64,000 bases of DNA from Chloroflexota bacterium (GTDB lineage: Bacteria; Chloroflexota; UBA11872; VXOZ01), in the NCBI GenBank assembly GCA_963663275.1, contig OY760183.1, positions 1,120,001-1,184,000 of the forward strand. Direction: 5' to 3'. Both the position numbers and the translations under genes were made by a program. Positions 38,186 through 51,968 of this stretch are shown piece after piece (position 1 is the first letter of the stretch; every line of letters starts with the position of its first letter). Below the pieces are notes generated by a model, which made no database searches, had not been told where the DNA came from, and worked only from the letters and a program-made list of their open reading frames with translations.

Positions 38186-39391
38186 CTAATCAGCCACGGT
38201 GAACCAGACCGGGCTCGACCACGCCGTCCGTTCGTCGGCCTGCACCGCGCGCACGTAGTAGTAGACGAGCGCCTCGCCCCCGCCGCCGGCCACCGGCGGC
38301 GATACTTTCACGATCTTCTCCAGCGGATCGTCGTCCACGAGGTCTATTGTCAAATCCGCCGCCGGCTCTTGTGGAACGAACTGGCGCACGTCCACGTTAT
38401 TGCGCACCAGCGTGACGTGGGCGATAGGGGCCGTGCCGTTCAGCGCAACGTGAATCGTGCGCGCATCGTCCGGCAGCGCGCCGCCGTCGGCGCCCATCTC
38501 CAGGCCGTTCGTCTCGGTCCAGAGGCGAATCTTGCGGCCGGTGGCCGCAAAGCAGCGGCGGGCGTGGAAGGCGGCAAAGATGCCCTCCCGCGTGAAGTCC
38601 TCCGCGTAGACGCCGGCCAGTCCCGCGCCCAGCACATTGCGGCGATAGGGGCCGCGCGCCGCCAGGATTGGGTTCAGCGGGCGGCCGGGGTCATTCGGAT
38701 CCAAAGGCGTGTGGTGGCCGCCGGAATGGCCGGAGTGATTGTCGCTGCTGCCGATCACACCGACTTTATAGCCCCGCGCCAGGCCGTCCTGCAGGAACGA
38801 ACCGGGCACGCTCGGCGACCAATTGGGGTCGCACTCGTGCGGGTTGCCCTTGTACTCGTAGTTCCCCCACATTGAGGTCATTTCGACGATCGGCTCGTAG
38901 CGCGGATTGAGCGTAGACCAGTCGAACGGCGTGCGGTCCCGCGCCAGGTGGTGGGGAATCAGCATGGCTTCATACGGCAGTTGGTCGAACGCCGTCCAGA
39001 CGTCATCGAGAGAGTTTACCGCGCTGCCGCTGGGCAGCAAGGGCGGTTCGTCGTCGCAGAAGAGCGCGTTGTGGTGGCCCCACGTACGGTCTTTGGGCGA
39101 ATTCCACTCATACGCCGGGAAGGTCACGAACCGGCCGGGGTCGTGGTAGGCGCGGTTCGCCTCCAGAATCACGCCATACTGGTCGCCGGTGAGCAGGTTA
39201 GGGGCCTTCTTGCCCATGCCGGACCAGGTGTGGTCGGTCACGGCGGCAAAGTCGATCTGCGCCACGTCCCGCGCGTAGCGGTAGCAGTCCGCCGGCGAGC
39301 CGTCGAAGCCGTCCGGCACGGCCTCCGGCTTGAAGCACGGCGAGAACTCGGCGTGGACGTGGGTGTCTCCCCAGAGCAAGGTGTACTTCAT
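38186..39391 (-). CDS. PHP-fold metallohydrolase (DUF3604 / CehA-McbA-like), short paralog
   Basis: LWGDTHVH, DFAAVTDH, AYEW, IPHH, GSSDNH and AWSSPVW motifs. Confidence 0.75.
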   Translation of the reverse strand: MKYTLLWGDTHVHAEFSPCFKPEAVPDGFDGSPADCYRYARDVAQIDFAAVTDHTWSGMGKKAPNLLTGDQYGVILEANRAYHDPGRFVTFPAYEWNSPKDRTWGHHNALFCDDEPPLLPSGSAVNSLDDVWTAFDQLPYEAMLIPHHLARDRTPFDWSTLNPRYEPIVEMTSMWGNYEYKGNPHECDPNWSPSVPGSFLQDGLARGYKVGVIGSSDNHSGHSGGHHTPLDPNDPGRPLNPILAARGPYRRNVLGAGLAGVYAEDFTREGIFAAFHARRCFAATGRKIRLWTETNGLEMGADGGALPDDARTIHVALNGTAPIAHVTLVRNNVDVRQFVPQEPAADLTIDLVDDDPLEKIVKVSPPVAGGGGEALVYYYVRAVQADERTAWSSPVWFTVAD

Positions 39392-39626
39392 GCTTAACCC
39401 TTCCATACGCGACACTCGGCAGCAGCCAAGCTCAGAATATCGGCGCCAACCCCAAAACGCTGCAGGGCAGTCGTCGCAACAGTTTCCGAATGCGGCGGAC
39501 GCCGGTTGCAAACCTGCGCAACGCAGTCTAGGCGTCTCCTGGGCCGCACAAGTCGCACGCGTCAGTATGGGACGACTTTGCAGCGGCCCTGGCGCCCACA
39601 GGGCTTAGTATACTGCGCCGCAATCG

Positions 39627-40445
39627 TCAACGGGCCTCGATGTGCTTGCCTAACGCGAGCGGCGTCCTGAATACCTTTAGAATGTCATTGCCGGTTACGT
39701 GGGCCTGCCGGCTGGGCGCGCCGTTCTCAGGGCGCGTGGTGTGCACGAGCGTATACGGCGGCTCCAGCCAGAAACGCCCGATTTCATCGCGGCGCTCGAT
39801 GCCGCGCTGCACGCCGGCATAGATGAGTTGGCGCGCCTTGGTGGGATGCAGGTGAATGGCGGCGCCGTTAAACGCGCGGTTCGCGTCCATGCCCAGGCCG
39901 GTAGCGGACCCCCGGTCCAGGCCTTCCTTCACCACCGCCGTCTCGATGCCCGGCGCCAGCGCCTCCGCTTCTTCCGCCGCGGCCCGATCGCCGCTCAGAA
40001 AGACGTACGGCACGCCGAAGTACGCCGCGCTGATAAAGCTCCTGCCACTTTCGCCGATGGAGACGCCGTTGATGGTCAGTTCTTCCACCGCAAACGAGCC
40101 GGAATGCGCCAGGTGACCACCGTGGGCATTGGACTTCGCATGTTGGCCGATGCTGATGGCAACGTCGAACGAGGCGTCGAGTCCAGCGCCGATGGGGCGC
40201 GGGCGTCCTGTCAAGAGTTTCGCTGCCGGGTGCAGCAGCATCGGCGTAATCGCCCCGTGGCCGTGGCCGTCGATGACGACGATCTCCGCCGCGCCGGCCG
40301 CCATTGCGCCCTCGACGGCGGCATTGACTTCCAGTGTGGTCAGTTCGCAGCCGCGCTCGTAGTAGCGGGATTCCGGAAAGCAGTAATTCGGGGAGTCGAC
40401 TACACCCGCTACGCCTTCCATGTCGGTCATTACGAAGACTTTCAT
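39627..40445 (-). CDS. M55 family (DppA-like) D-aminopeptidase
   Basis: MKVFVMTDMEGVAG, EVNAAVEG, DGHG, GQHA, LAHS and SGD motifs. Confidence 0.88.
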   Translation of the reverse strand: MKVFVMTDMEGVAGVVDSPNYCFPESRYYERGCELTTLEVNAAVEGAMAAGAAEIVVIDGHGHGAITPMLLHPAAKLLTGRPRPIGAGLDASFDVAISIGQHAKSNAHGGHLAHSGSFAVEELTINGVSIGESGRSFISAAYFGVPYVFLSGDRAAAEEAEALAPGIETAVVKEGLDRGSATGLGMDANRAFNGAAIHLHPTKARQLIYAGVQRGIERRDEIGRFWLEPPYTLVHTTRPENGAPSRQAHVTGNDILKVFRTPLALGKHIEAR

Positions 40446-40506
40446 ACCGTTAGTTATCCTTGCATTCAGCCGGCGGGGGACAAGCCCCCGCGCTACAGTT
40501 TCGCCA

Positions 40507-40686
40507 AGAGCGGGGGACAGGCCCTAATGTTATCGCGTTAGACGCAACGAGTAATGAAGACTACGCTCGTTTCTCCGGTAGCGCAGGTTCGCACGGGAGG
40601 TGCGCGTAACCTGCGTCTTCCGTAGGGTCAATCCATTCCGTTTTCATTTATTTGGTTCCGGCGGGGGACAAGCCCCCGCGCTACGG
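40507..40686. mobile_element. ~180-bp dispersed non-coding element; inverted homolog at ~56317..56493
   Basis: Shared by-eye alignment including CTACGCTC.TTTCTCC.GTAGCGCAGGTTCGCAC..GAGGTGCGC.TAACCTGC.TCTTCC.TAGGGTCAA...TGGTTCCGGCGGGGGACAAGCCCC. Confidence 0.72.
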
Positions 40687-40836
40687 GTTTGCCAAGGACG
40701 GGGGACAAGCCCCCGCGCTACGGGTTTGCCAAGGACGGGGGACAAGCCCCCGCGCTACGGGTCGTTGAGAGAGTCTGGCAACACGTAGGGGCACGACATG
40801 TCGTGCCCCTACGTGGATTAGCAGCGCAGCCAACAC

Positions 40837-40996
40837 CCGCTCTCATCCCCGCAGACAGGTCGCCGCTCTCAACCCCGGCAGGCGGCTCGCCACTCTCATC
40901 CCGGCGGGCGGCTCGCCACATTCATCCCCGGCAGGCGGCTCGCCGCTCTCAACCCCGCAGACAGGTCGCCACTCCCATCCCCGGCAGGCGGCCTCG
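40837..40996 (+). repeat. Minisatellite, 6 x 26-27 bp
   Basis: CCGCTCTCATCCCCGCAGACAGGTCG / CCGCTCTCAACCCCGGCAGGCGGCTCG variants. Confidence 0.85.
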
Positions 40997-41026
40997 ACGG
41001 TTCAGCCTACTGCCTGGGTACGAGGG

Positions 41027-42403
41027 CTATCCCTTCGGAATAAGAAGCTCGTTGATGATGTCGGTGGCCATGCGGCCGTACTCCGCGGGAGTCAGTTCGC
41101 CGGCATCGTAGGCGAGGAAGTGCGGGCGTAGAGCCGTGCCGACCTCGCCCCAGGTGGGGTAGGAATTCATGCCGTAGCTCGAGGGCGGGCTGAACTTGAC
41201 CTGCTCCGCGTGGGCGACGGCGTCGAACCCGATGGTCGCCTTGAGCTGCTCCGCCGGCATGTTCACCGCGCTCTGCACCGCTGAAATGGTGTGGCCCATG
41301 GCCAGGGTGAACTCCGTATTCGGCTCCGGCTCCATCATCCAGCGGTTCACCGCCCAGGTCTCATCCGGGAAGCGGCTGAAGCCGATGAGGATTGCCGGGA
41401 ACCAGGAGCGGCCGGAGATGTTCACCTCCGCGCTAAAAGGCAGGGTCGCGCCGATGGCCTCGAATTCCACCTGGCGGTAGCCGTTGGTGATGGTCATGCC
41501 CACTTTGCCGGATTCCCACAAGGCGCGCCGGCCGGTACCGGCCGCGCCCAGACCCTCGGCGTCCTCCGCCAGCGGCACCACGCGGTGCTTGAGCTTCAGG
41601 TCTACCCAATACGCCAGCCCCTCGACGAACGTCGGATGGTCCATCACCGCGACACTGCGCTCGTAGTCCCAGGCAATCTGGCCGAAGTACGCGCCGCGCT
41701 GGTGGCCCCGCGTGCCGTCGGAAGCGGACACGCCGCCGTTATGCCCGAACTGCTCGGTGCCGTTTGTCATGGCCTTGGCGTAATCCAGGAATTTATCCAT
41801 ATTCCAGGAAGCATCGGTGGGATCGATTGGCGGCGGCTCCAAGCCGGCATTGTCCAGCAGCGCCTTATTGAGAATCACGGCGTCGCAATTGCCGGAGCCG
41901 GGCCAGCCGTACAGGACCCCTCCGACGGTCCAATGCGTCAGACTGTTTGGCAAGAAGTGCTCCGCGGGCACGAGGCCGTCGGCTTTGAAGAATTCGTCCA
42001 AAGGCGAGAGGATTTCGCCTTCGATGAGGTCGGCAAACGAGCCCCAACTGGTCCGCAAGAAATCAATCGGTACGCCCGACGCCGCCTGCACCAGTAGCTT
42101 CGTCTTCGCTTCATCACCGCTGGACATATTCTGGATGGTAATGGTGATGTTGGGATTGGCCGCCTCGAACTTGTCGAAGAGGGCGCGCACCTTGAGGGTG
42201 GCGCTGTCGGAATCGCGTGAGAGATAGGTGATCTCTACGTCCTCCGCCGGCGCGGGCGCGGCTTCGGCCTGCTGCTCCGGCGCTGCCTCTTCTTCCATCG
42301 GCGCGGCTACCTGCGCCGTACCGCACGCGGCCAGAAATGCCGCGCCGCCAACCACAGGCGCCGCCGCCAGTATCGATCGGCGTGAAAATCCTGTTTTCCG
42401 CAT
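41027..42403 (-). CDS. Extracellular solute-binding protein (family 1), Tat lipoprotein
   Basis: SRRSIL + LAAC; FEAANPNITI, LYGWP and NAGLEPP motifs; AGGAGG RBS. Confidence 0.85.
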   Translation of the reverse strand: MRKTGFSRRSILAAAPVVGGAAFLAACGTAQVAAPMEEEAAPEQQAEAAPAPAEDVEITYLSRDSDSATLKVRALFDKFEAANPNITITIQNMSSGDEAKTKLLVQAASGVPIDFLRTSWGSFADLIEGEILSPLDEFFKADGLVPAEHFLPNSLTHWTVGGVLYGWPGSGNCDAVILNKALLDNAGLEPPPIDPTDASWNMDKFLDYAKAMTNGTEQFGHNGGVSASDGTRGHQRGAYFGQIAWDYERSVAVMDHPTFVEGLAYWVDLKLKHRVVPLAEDAEGLGAAGTGRRALWESGKVGMTITNGYRQVEFEAIGATLPFSAEVNISGRSWFPAILIGFSRFPDETWAVNRWMMEPEPNTEFTLAMGHTISAVQSAVNMPAEQLKATIGFDAVAHAEQVKFSPPSSYGMNSYPTWGEVGTALRPHFLAYDAGELTPAEYGRMATDIINELLIPKG

Positions 42404-42613
42404 GACCAAGCCTCCTCTTTAGGCAGTCTTCTACCCTCTGCGTAGCAGTGTATTCAATGGGGTTTGGCATGTCAATGGTACCGCGCCGGCACAGCGATCG
42501 TGGTATGATAGGGGCAGTCTATACCAGACTGCTACGAGGCTCATTTCCCACCGGTCGACGTCCTTCTGAACCTGCGCGCCGCCGCGCGCAAGAAGCGGAG
42601 CCGCCTTACGCCC

Positions 42614-45985
<3,372 letters not shown>

Positions 45986-46114
45986 GCCACTTTCAACTTC
46001 CCCCCTTTCGAGCGCGTTACTAGGGCAAGGTTGTTGCACACTACCTTGGGAAAAGCCTCAAAAAACAGTGCTATGCTACGTGCAGCATCTGGTTAGGCAT
46101 GGGAAACGACAACT

Positions 46115-47404
46115 ATGGCGAGAATTGAAGGCATCAGAATCAAGAATTACCGGGTGTTGAAGGACATCACGCTTGGTATGCCGTGGACTTCGCGAGAAAT
46201 CCAACCATTGACCCCAATGACTGCGGTGATCGGGAAGAATGGAGTGGGAAAGAGTTCGCTGTTCGATGCCTTTGGCTTACTTTCGGATTGTCTTAAGCTG
46301 GGTGTCGAGGAGGCGTGCGACGCGCGAGGTAGGGGAGGTTTTGAGCGAATCCGCACGCAGGGAAGTATTGAGCCAATCGAATTCGAGGTCCAATATCGGG
46401 AAGAGACTGGGGCATGGGACATCACATACAGACTTGCAATTGATCTTGATGCTGCGAGTCGTCCCTACGTTGCGCATGAGACCTTTCACCAGTTTGTCAT
46501 GGGAGAAAGCGATGTTCAGGTTCTTGTTTTCTTGGCCGTGTTTGAAGGTAGGGGGTTAGTGTGGAGAGGGGCAACAGAAGGCCGGCAGTTCGATAATGAT
46601 GGATTCGACATTAAGGATCTACAAAAGCTAGCTGAGGGTGAACATAGCCCGGAGTCAGAGTTCATCGAGTTGGAAGACACGCGCAGATTAGGAATTGCAA
46701 CCCTCGGCGCGTTGAAGCAACATCCTAGGATAGCGGCTTTCCGCCAATTTATGGAAGGCTGGTACCTGAGCTACTTTACGCCGGACGCGGCGCGCAGTTT
46801 GCCCATGGCCGGGCCGCAGCGGCGCTTGAACGCGCATGGGGACAATCTGGGCAACGTGGTGCAATTCATGGAGCGGGAACACCCCGAAAGATTCGAGCGG
46901 ATCTTGGCGCGGATTGCCGAGCGGATTCCTGGCGTCGAAAGCATAGGTACCCAACAAAGCCCCGATGGACGCCTGCTGTTGCGCTTCAACGACCGGGGGT
47001 TCACCGACCCCTTCTACGCGCAGCAGATGTCCGACGGCACGTTGAAACTCTTTGCCTACCTGCTCATGCTGGAGGACCCGGAACCGCCGCCGTTCGTCTG
47101 CATCGAGGAGCCGGAGAACGGCCTCTACCACAAGCTGCTGGAGGTCTTGGCCGCCGAGTTTCGCCGCCATGCAACCGGGGAACGCAACACGTCGCAGATT
47201 TTCGTCACGACCCATCAGCCCTACCTCGTCGACGCGCTCACGCCGGAGGAGACCTGGATATTGGAGAAAGGCGCGGACGGTTTCGCCACCATCCGCCGCG
47301 CCAGCGACGACCCCATCGTCCAGGCCATGGTGGATGAAGGCCTGCCGCTGGGCAGCCTGTGGTACAGCGATTACCTGGAGCGGACAGAGGCCAATGCACT
47401 TTGA
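46115..47404 (+). CDS. ABC-type AAA ATPase (AAA_21/AbiEii-like)
   Basis: GKNGVGKSS Walker A, MSDGT signature, IEEPENGL Walker B, TTHQP. Confidence 0.85.
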   Translation: MARIEGIRIKNYRVLKDITLGMPWTSREIQPLTPMTAVIGKNGVGKSSLFDAFGLLSDCLKLGVEEACDARGRGGFERIRTQGSIEPIEFEVQYREETGAWDITYRLAIDLDAASRPYVAHETFHQFVMGESDVQVLVFLAVFEGRGLVWRGATEGRQFDNDGFDIKDLQKLAEGEHSPESEFIELEDTRRLGIATLGALKQHPRIAAFRQFMEGWYLSYFTPDAARSLPMAGPQRRLNAHGDNLGNVVQFMEREHPERFERILARIAERIPGVESIGTQQSPDGRLLLRFNDRGFTDPFYAQQMSDGTLKLFAYLLMLEDPEPPPFVCIEEPENGLYHKLLEVLAAEFRRHATGERNTSQIFVTTHQPYLVDALTPEETWILEKGADGFATIRRASDDPIVQAMVDEGLPLGSLWYSDYLERTEANAL

Positions 47405-48047
47405 AGTGCTGGTGGAGGATCAATCCGGCAAGAATGCCCTTGAACAGATTTTGCCGAAGATTCTTGGCGCCAACTACACGCATCACTCTTGGGAATTACG
47501 TTCATACCGGGGTTTGGGACGAATTCCCAAGAACCTTCGCGGCAAAACAGACCCGCAAAAGCGAATTCTCCTGGATCGGTTACCGCAGATCTTGCAGGGA
47601 TATGGGCAAAGTCTTTCAGACGCCGCTTCAGTTATCGTCGTAGTGGATTTGGACAAGCGCGACTGCATGGCTTTAAAGCGAGAATTGCTTCAAGTTCTAG
47701 ACTCATGCAACCCACAGCCAAGAACGTTGTTCAGAATTGCCATTGAGGAGACCGAAGCCTGGCTGCTGGGAGACCGCAACGCGGTGAAGGCCGCCTATCC
47801 CAAAGCCAGGGATTCAGTCCTCAATCGCTATACGCAAGACAGCATCTGCGGCACGTGGGAGGTCCTCGCGGACGCAATTCACCCAGGCGGGTCGGCGCGC
47901 CTGAAACGAGAGGGCTACCCGGCCGCCGGGCAAGCCAAGTGCGCGTGGGCGCGCCAGATCGCCCCGCACGTGGACGTCGATAAGAATCAGTCCAGGAGTT
48001 TCCAGGTGTTTCGCGATGGGGTAAAGAAACTCGCCGGCATCGAGTGA
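47394..48047 (+). CDS. DUF4276-like (TOPRIM-like) partner protein
   Basis: EVLVEDQSG, VVVDLDKRDC, IAIEETEAWLLGD and NQSRSF motifs; overlaps the ATPase 3' end. Confidence 0.7.
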   Translation: MHFEVLVEDQSGKNALEQILPKILGANYTHHSWELRSYRGLGRIPKNLRGKTDPQKRILLDRLPQILQGYGQSLSDAASVIVVVDLDKRDCMALKRELLQVLDSCNPQPRTLFRIAIEETEAWLLGDRNAVKAAYPKARDSVLNRYTQDSICGTWEVLADAIHPGGSARLKREGYPAAGQAKCAWARQIAPHVDVDKNQSRSFQVFRDGVKKLAGIE

Positions 48048-48182
48048 ACCCCGCCGCCGGATAAGGGTTGGCGCGGCGCACACAACCCGCGCGCAGGCGG
48101 AGCGCCGCGTAGCGCGGTGTGGCGCGGCGCCGGGAACCGGCGGCAAACCGGCATCCAGGTATGGGGGGAGCGTGCAGGGCAG

Positions 48183-51100
48183 ATGACGGACTTGCCAAGA
48201 AAGCTACACCGGCTTGTGGTGGCGCTGGCGTTGCTGGTTGCATTGGCGGCGGCGGCCCAGACCGGAGTTCAGGCTGCCGCGTTCCCGGCGGATGCCGCCG
48301 AGCGGGCCGCGCTGGCCGCGCTCTATGAGGCCACCGGCGGCGCACGCTGGGCGCGTAACGACAACTGGCTGAGCGGCGCGCCTCTTGGAGAATGGTACGG
48401 CGTCACCACCGACGAGACCGGTCGTGTGACGGCGTTGCGCCTGGCGGGCAACGACCTGCGCGGCGTGATTCCGTCTGCGCTGGGCAGTCTTGCCGGCTTG
48501 GAGGAACTGAACCTTGCCGGTAACTGGCTAACGGGAGAGATTCCGGCTGCCCTCGGCGGACTGGCGAACCTGCAAACCTTGGATCTCTCCTATAACTGGC
48601 TGCGGGGGGAGATACCGGCTGCGGTGGGCGAACTCGCCGCCTTGCGGGAGTTGTACCTCTCGGACAACCGCTTGCGCGGGGCGATACCGTCGAGGCTGGG
48701 CAACCTGGCAAACCTGCGCCTGCTTGTGCTTTCCAACAACCAATTGAGCGGGGTAATACCGCCTGCGCTGGGCAACCTGACGAACCTGCGCGTCCTGAGC
48801 CTCTGGGGCAATGTGTTGGAGGGGGAGATTCCGTCCGCACTGGGCCGCCTGATCTACCTGCAAGAATTGTACCTGGCGGAAAACCAATTGAGCGGCGAGA
48901 TTCCGCCTACGCTCGGCGAATTGACCGGCCTGGAGTGGCTGCGCCTGGCGTTCAATCAGTTGGCAGGCTGTGTGCCCAATGGCGTGGGCGCGGTAACGCG
49001 GCATGACTTGCCGGCGCTCGGCCTGCCGTTCTGCGCCAGTCTCGTGGATAGAGAGGCGCTGGCCGCGCTCTACACGGCCACGAACGGCCCCAACTGGACG
49101 AATAACCACAACTGGCTGAGCGGCGCGCCTCTCGGTGAGTGGCACGGCGTGACCACCGACTACACCGGCCGCGTCACGGCCCTGAACTTGCCGGACAATA
49201 ACCTGAGCGGAGAGATACCGCATGACCTCTGGGAACTCGTCCACCTGGAAACGATACGCATTGCCCGCAACCGGCTGGAGGGAGAACTCCCGCCGGCGAT
49301 AGGCAACCTCGCCAATCTGAGAGTGCTGGATCTCGCGTCTAACCGCTTTAGCGGTGAGTTGCCCGCTGAAATCGGCAACCTTGCCAATCTTGCCGTGCTA
49401 AACGTCTCGGACAACCGGCTGGAAGGCGGGATACCGGCCAGCCTCGGGGACCTTACTCGCTTGGTGGTGTTGGACCTATCGCAAAACGAAGTGGGCGGAC
49501 TGATACCGCCCGAACTGGGGAACCTTGCCAACCTGGAGCAGTTGGCGCTGTCGGGGAACAGGCTGGTTGGTGTGATTCCAGCTTCGCTTGGCAGCCTCGT
49601 CAACCTGCAAGAGCTCAAACTCTGGCTGAACCCGCTGTCGGGAGCGATTCCGATCTCGCTTGGGCGTCTCGCTAACCTGAGAGTGTTGTATCTCGGCTAC
49701 AGCGGGATAATCGGCGAGATACCCGCCGCGCTTGGCGCTCTCACCGGCTTGGAAGAGTTGGTGCTTTCACATAGCCGGCTGGGTGGAGAGTTGCCGCCGG
49801 AACTCGGCAACCTCACCCGGCTGGTGAAGCTGGAGGTCTCACACAGCCGGCTGAGCGGGCGGATACCGCCGGAACTTGGCGACCTCGCGAACTTACGCGT
49901 GCTGTCACTCTCTCACAATGAACTGAGCGGGAGCATTCCGACCGAACTCACGAAGTTGACGAACCTGGACGCCTTGCACCTTGCGCACAACCGGTTGGAT
50001 GGGTGCATACCTGAGGGGTTGGGCGCGACCCCGATGAACGACTTGTCCTGGTATGGATTCTCTGAGTGTAGAGCCGCGGCCATCCAGGTGGAAGATTATT
50101 CGGATCGGGAGGCGCTCGTTGCTCTCTATACGGCCACGAGCGGCGTCAATTGGAAGAACAACGACAACTGGCTGAGCGATGCGCCAATCAGGGACTGGTA
50201 CGGTGTCACTGCCGATGAAGACGGCCTGGTTACGGCGCTCAGACTCAACCACAATGATTTGAACGGTGTGATTCCGGCGGAATTGGGCAGCCTTTCCCAT
50301 CTGAGGGCGCTGAATCTCTCCTACAACCGGTTGAGAGGCACGTTGCCGTCCACGCTTGGAAGTCTCACGCACTTGACGACGCTGGAAATCACGGATAACC
50401 GGCTAAGCGGGCAAATACCACCTGAATTGGGAGACCTCTCCAATCTCGAGTCGCTCCAGATGTATCGCAACGAACTGAGCGGCGCGATTCCGCCCGAACT
50501 TGGCAAACTTACAAACCTGAAGTGGCTCGGCCTCTCGATCAACCGGTTGAGCGGAGAGATTCCGCCTGAATTCGGCAATCTCTTCAACTTGGAAGGTCTT
50601 GGATTGGCTGAGAACCAACTGGCAGGAGAAATCCCCACGGAACTTGGCAATCTGGCCGGACTTACCTCACTGTCTGTGTCGACAAATCAATTGGAGGGCG
50701 AGATTCCCTTTGCTCTCAGTAACCTTGCCAACATGGAATACCTGAACCTCTCGGGTAATCGTCTCACTGGCGAGATACCCTTCTGGATGAGCAACCTTAC
50801 GCGATTGGTGTCGCTGAATCTAGGATTCAACCGCTTTAGCGGTGAGATACCGGCTGCGCTGGGCAGTCTTCCCAACTTGAAGTCATTGGGTCTCGCCGGC
50901 AATGAGTTGCAAGGAGCAATACCGCCGGAACTCGGCGCATTGGTCAACCTGGAGACGCTGTACATATCGGGAAACCAATTCGATGGGTGCATTCCTGAGG
51001 GCTTGAAAGAGATCACAAACAACGACCTGGATAGGTATGGCTTGCCGGATTGTGGCGCCGCCGTAACCTACGCAGAGGACCCAATTGAGCGGGAGGCGCT

Positions 51101-51830
51101 GGTTGCGTTTTACGCGGCTACTGACGGCCCGAACTGGCGGCGCAACGACAACTGGCTAAGCGATAGACCGATCAGTGAATGGTATGGAGTCGTAACGGCA
51201 AACGACGGCCGTGTTTCCGCCCTCAACCTCAAGAGCAATCTGTTGCGCGGGGAGATACCGGCCGCGCTGAGCGCCCTCACCAAGCTGACACGGCTGGATC
51301 TCTCTGAGAACCAACTGCGCGGAGAGATACCGGCCGGGCTTGGCCAGCTTACCGAACTGGAGTATCTGGGACTTTGGGTGAATGAGTTGAGTGGCGAGAT
51401 ACCGCCGGAACTGGGGCGCCTCACCAAGCTGAAGGAACTGCTCCTATTGGATAACAGATTGAGCGGAACGATACCGCCTGAACTGGGCAACCTTGGCAGC
51501 CTGGAGGTTCTGTACCTATCCGAGAATCTACTGACCGGCGCGATACCTGCCGAATTCGGCAACCTCTATAGTCTGAAGATCATGTACATTGCGCATAACC
51601 AATTGCAGGGAGCGATTCCGGCTGCGCTGGGCTACCTTCCCAATATCGTCAGGCTGGATCTCTCGCACAACCAACTTAGCGGGCAAATCCCGCTGGAGTT
51701 GAATAATCTTACCAACATGCACGTTGTGAATCTGGCTCACAATGGTTTGAGCGGGTGTATTCCGGAGGAACTTACCAAGGCAACCTTCACCGACTTGCCC
51801 TGGTATGACTTGCCAATCTGCGGTGAATGA
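48183..51830 (+). CDS. Secreted leucine-rich-repeat protein with four capped plant-type LRR modules
   Basis: Signal peptide; 24-aa LxxLxLxxNxLxGxIPxxLGxL repeats (8+12+11+8 by hand count); four N-caps and four GC(I/V)P...C C-caps. Confidence 0.92.
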   Translation: MTDLPRKLHRLVVALALLVALAAAAQTGVQAAAFPADAAERAALAALYEATGGARWARNDNWLSGAPLGEWYGVTTDETGRVTALRLAGNDLRGVIPSALGSLAGLEELNLAGNWLTGEIPAALGGLANLQTLDLSYNWLRGEIPAAVGELAALRELYLSDNRLRGAIPSRLGNLANLRLLVLSNNQLSGVIPPALGNLTNLRVLSLWGNVLEGEIPSALGRLIYLQELYLAENQLSGEIPPTLGELTGLEWLRLAFNQLAGCVPNGVGAVTRHDLPALGLPFCASLVDREALAALYTATNGPNWTNNHNWLSGAPLGEWHGVTTDYTGRVTALNLPDNNLSGEIPHDLWELVHLETIRIARNRLEGELPPAIGNLANLRVLDLASNRFSGELPAEIGNLANLAVLNVSDNRLEGGIPASLGDLTRLVVLDLSQNEVGGLIPPELGNLANLEQLALSGNRLVGVIPASLGSLVNLQELKLWLNPLSGAIPISLGRLANLRVLYLGYSGIIGEIPAALGALTGLEELVLSHSRLGGELPPELGNLTRLVKLEVSHSRLSGRIPPELGDLANLRVLSLSHNELSGSIPTELTKLTNLDALHLAHNRLDGCIPEGLGATPMNDLSWYGFSECRAAAIQVEDYSDREALVALYTATSGVNWKNNDNWLSDAPIRDWYGVTADEDGLVTALRLNHNDLNGVIPAELGSLSHLRALNLSYNRLRGTLPSTLGSLTHLTTLEITDNRLSGQIPPELGDLSNLESLQMYRNELSGAIPPELGKLTNLKWLGLSINRLSGEIPPEFGNLFNLEGLGLAENQLAGEIPTELGNLAGLTSLSVSTNQLEGEIPFALSNLANMEYLNLSGNRLTGEIPFWMSNLTRLVSLNLGFNRFSGEIPAALGSLPNLKSLGLAGNELQGAIPPELGALVNLETLYISGNQFDGCIPEGLKEITNNDLDRYGLPDCGAAVTYAEDPIEREALVAFYAATDGPNWRRNDNWLSDRPISEWYGVVTANDGRVSALNLKSNLLRGEIPAALSALTKLTRLDLSENQLRGEIPAGLGQLTELEYLGLWVNELSGEIPPELGRLTKLKELLLLDNRLSGTIPPELGNLGSLEVLYLSENLLTGAIPAEFGNLYSLKIMYIAHNQLQGAIPAALGYLPNIVRLDLSHNQLSGQIPLELNNLTNMHVVNLAHNGLSGCIPEELTKATFTDLPWYDLPICGE

Positions 51831-51968
51831 GCCGCCAGCGTGGTTGGCGGCACAAGCGCGGGCTCGCCGCAATGGGGAACTTTGGTGAGTGAAGAGTGGC
51901 TCCAACTCGCAAAGTGACGGCACAGCCCACACTGGCCCGGAGGCGGTCGCGGGCAGGTGGAGGTCAGC

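Noticed and set aside
48183-51830. Diversity-generating retroelement target in the LRR gene
   Set aside because: No reverse transcriptase and no template/variable repeat pair differing only at adenines was seen.
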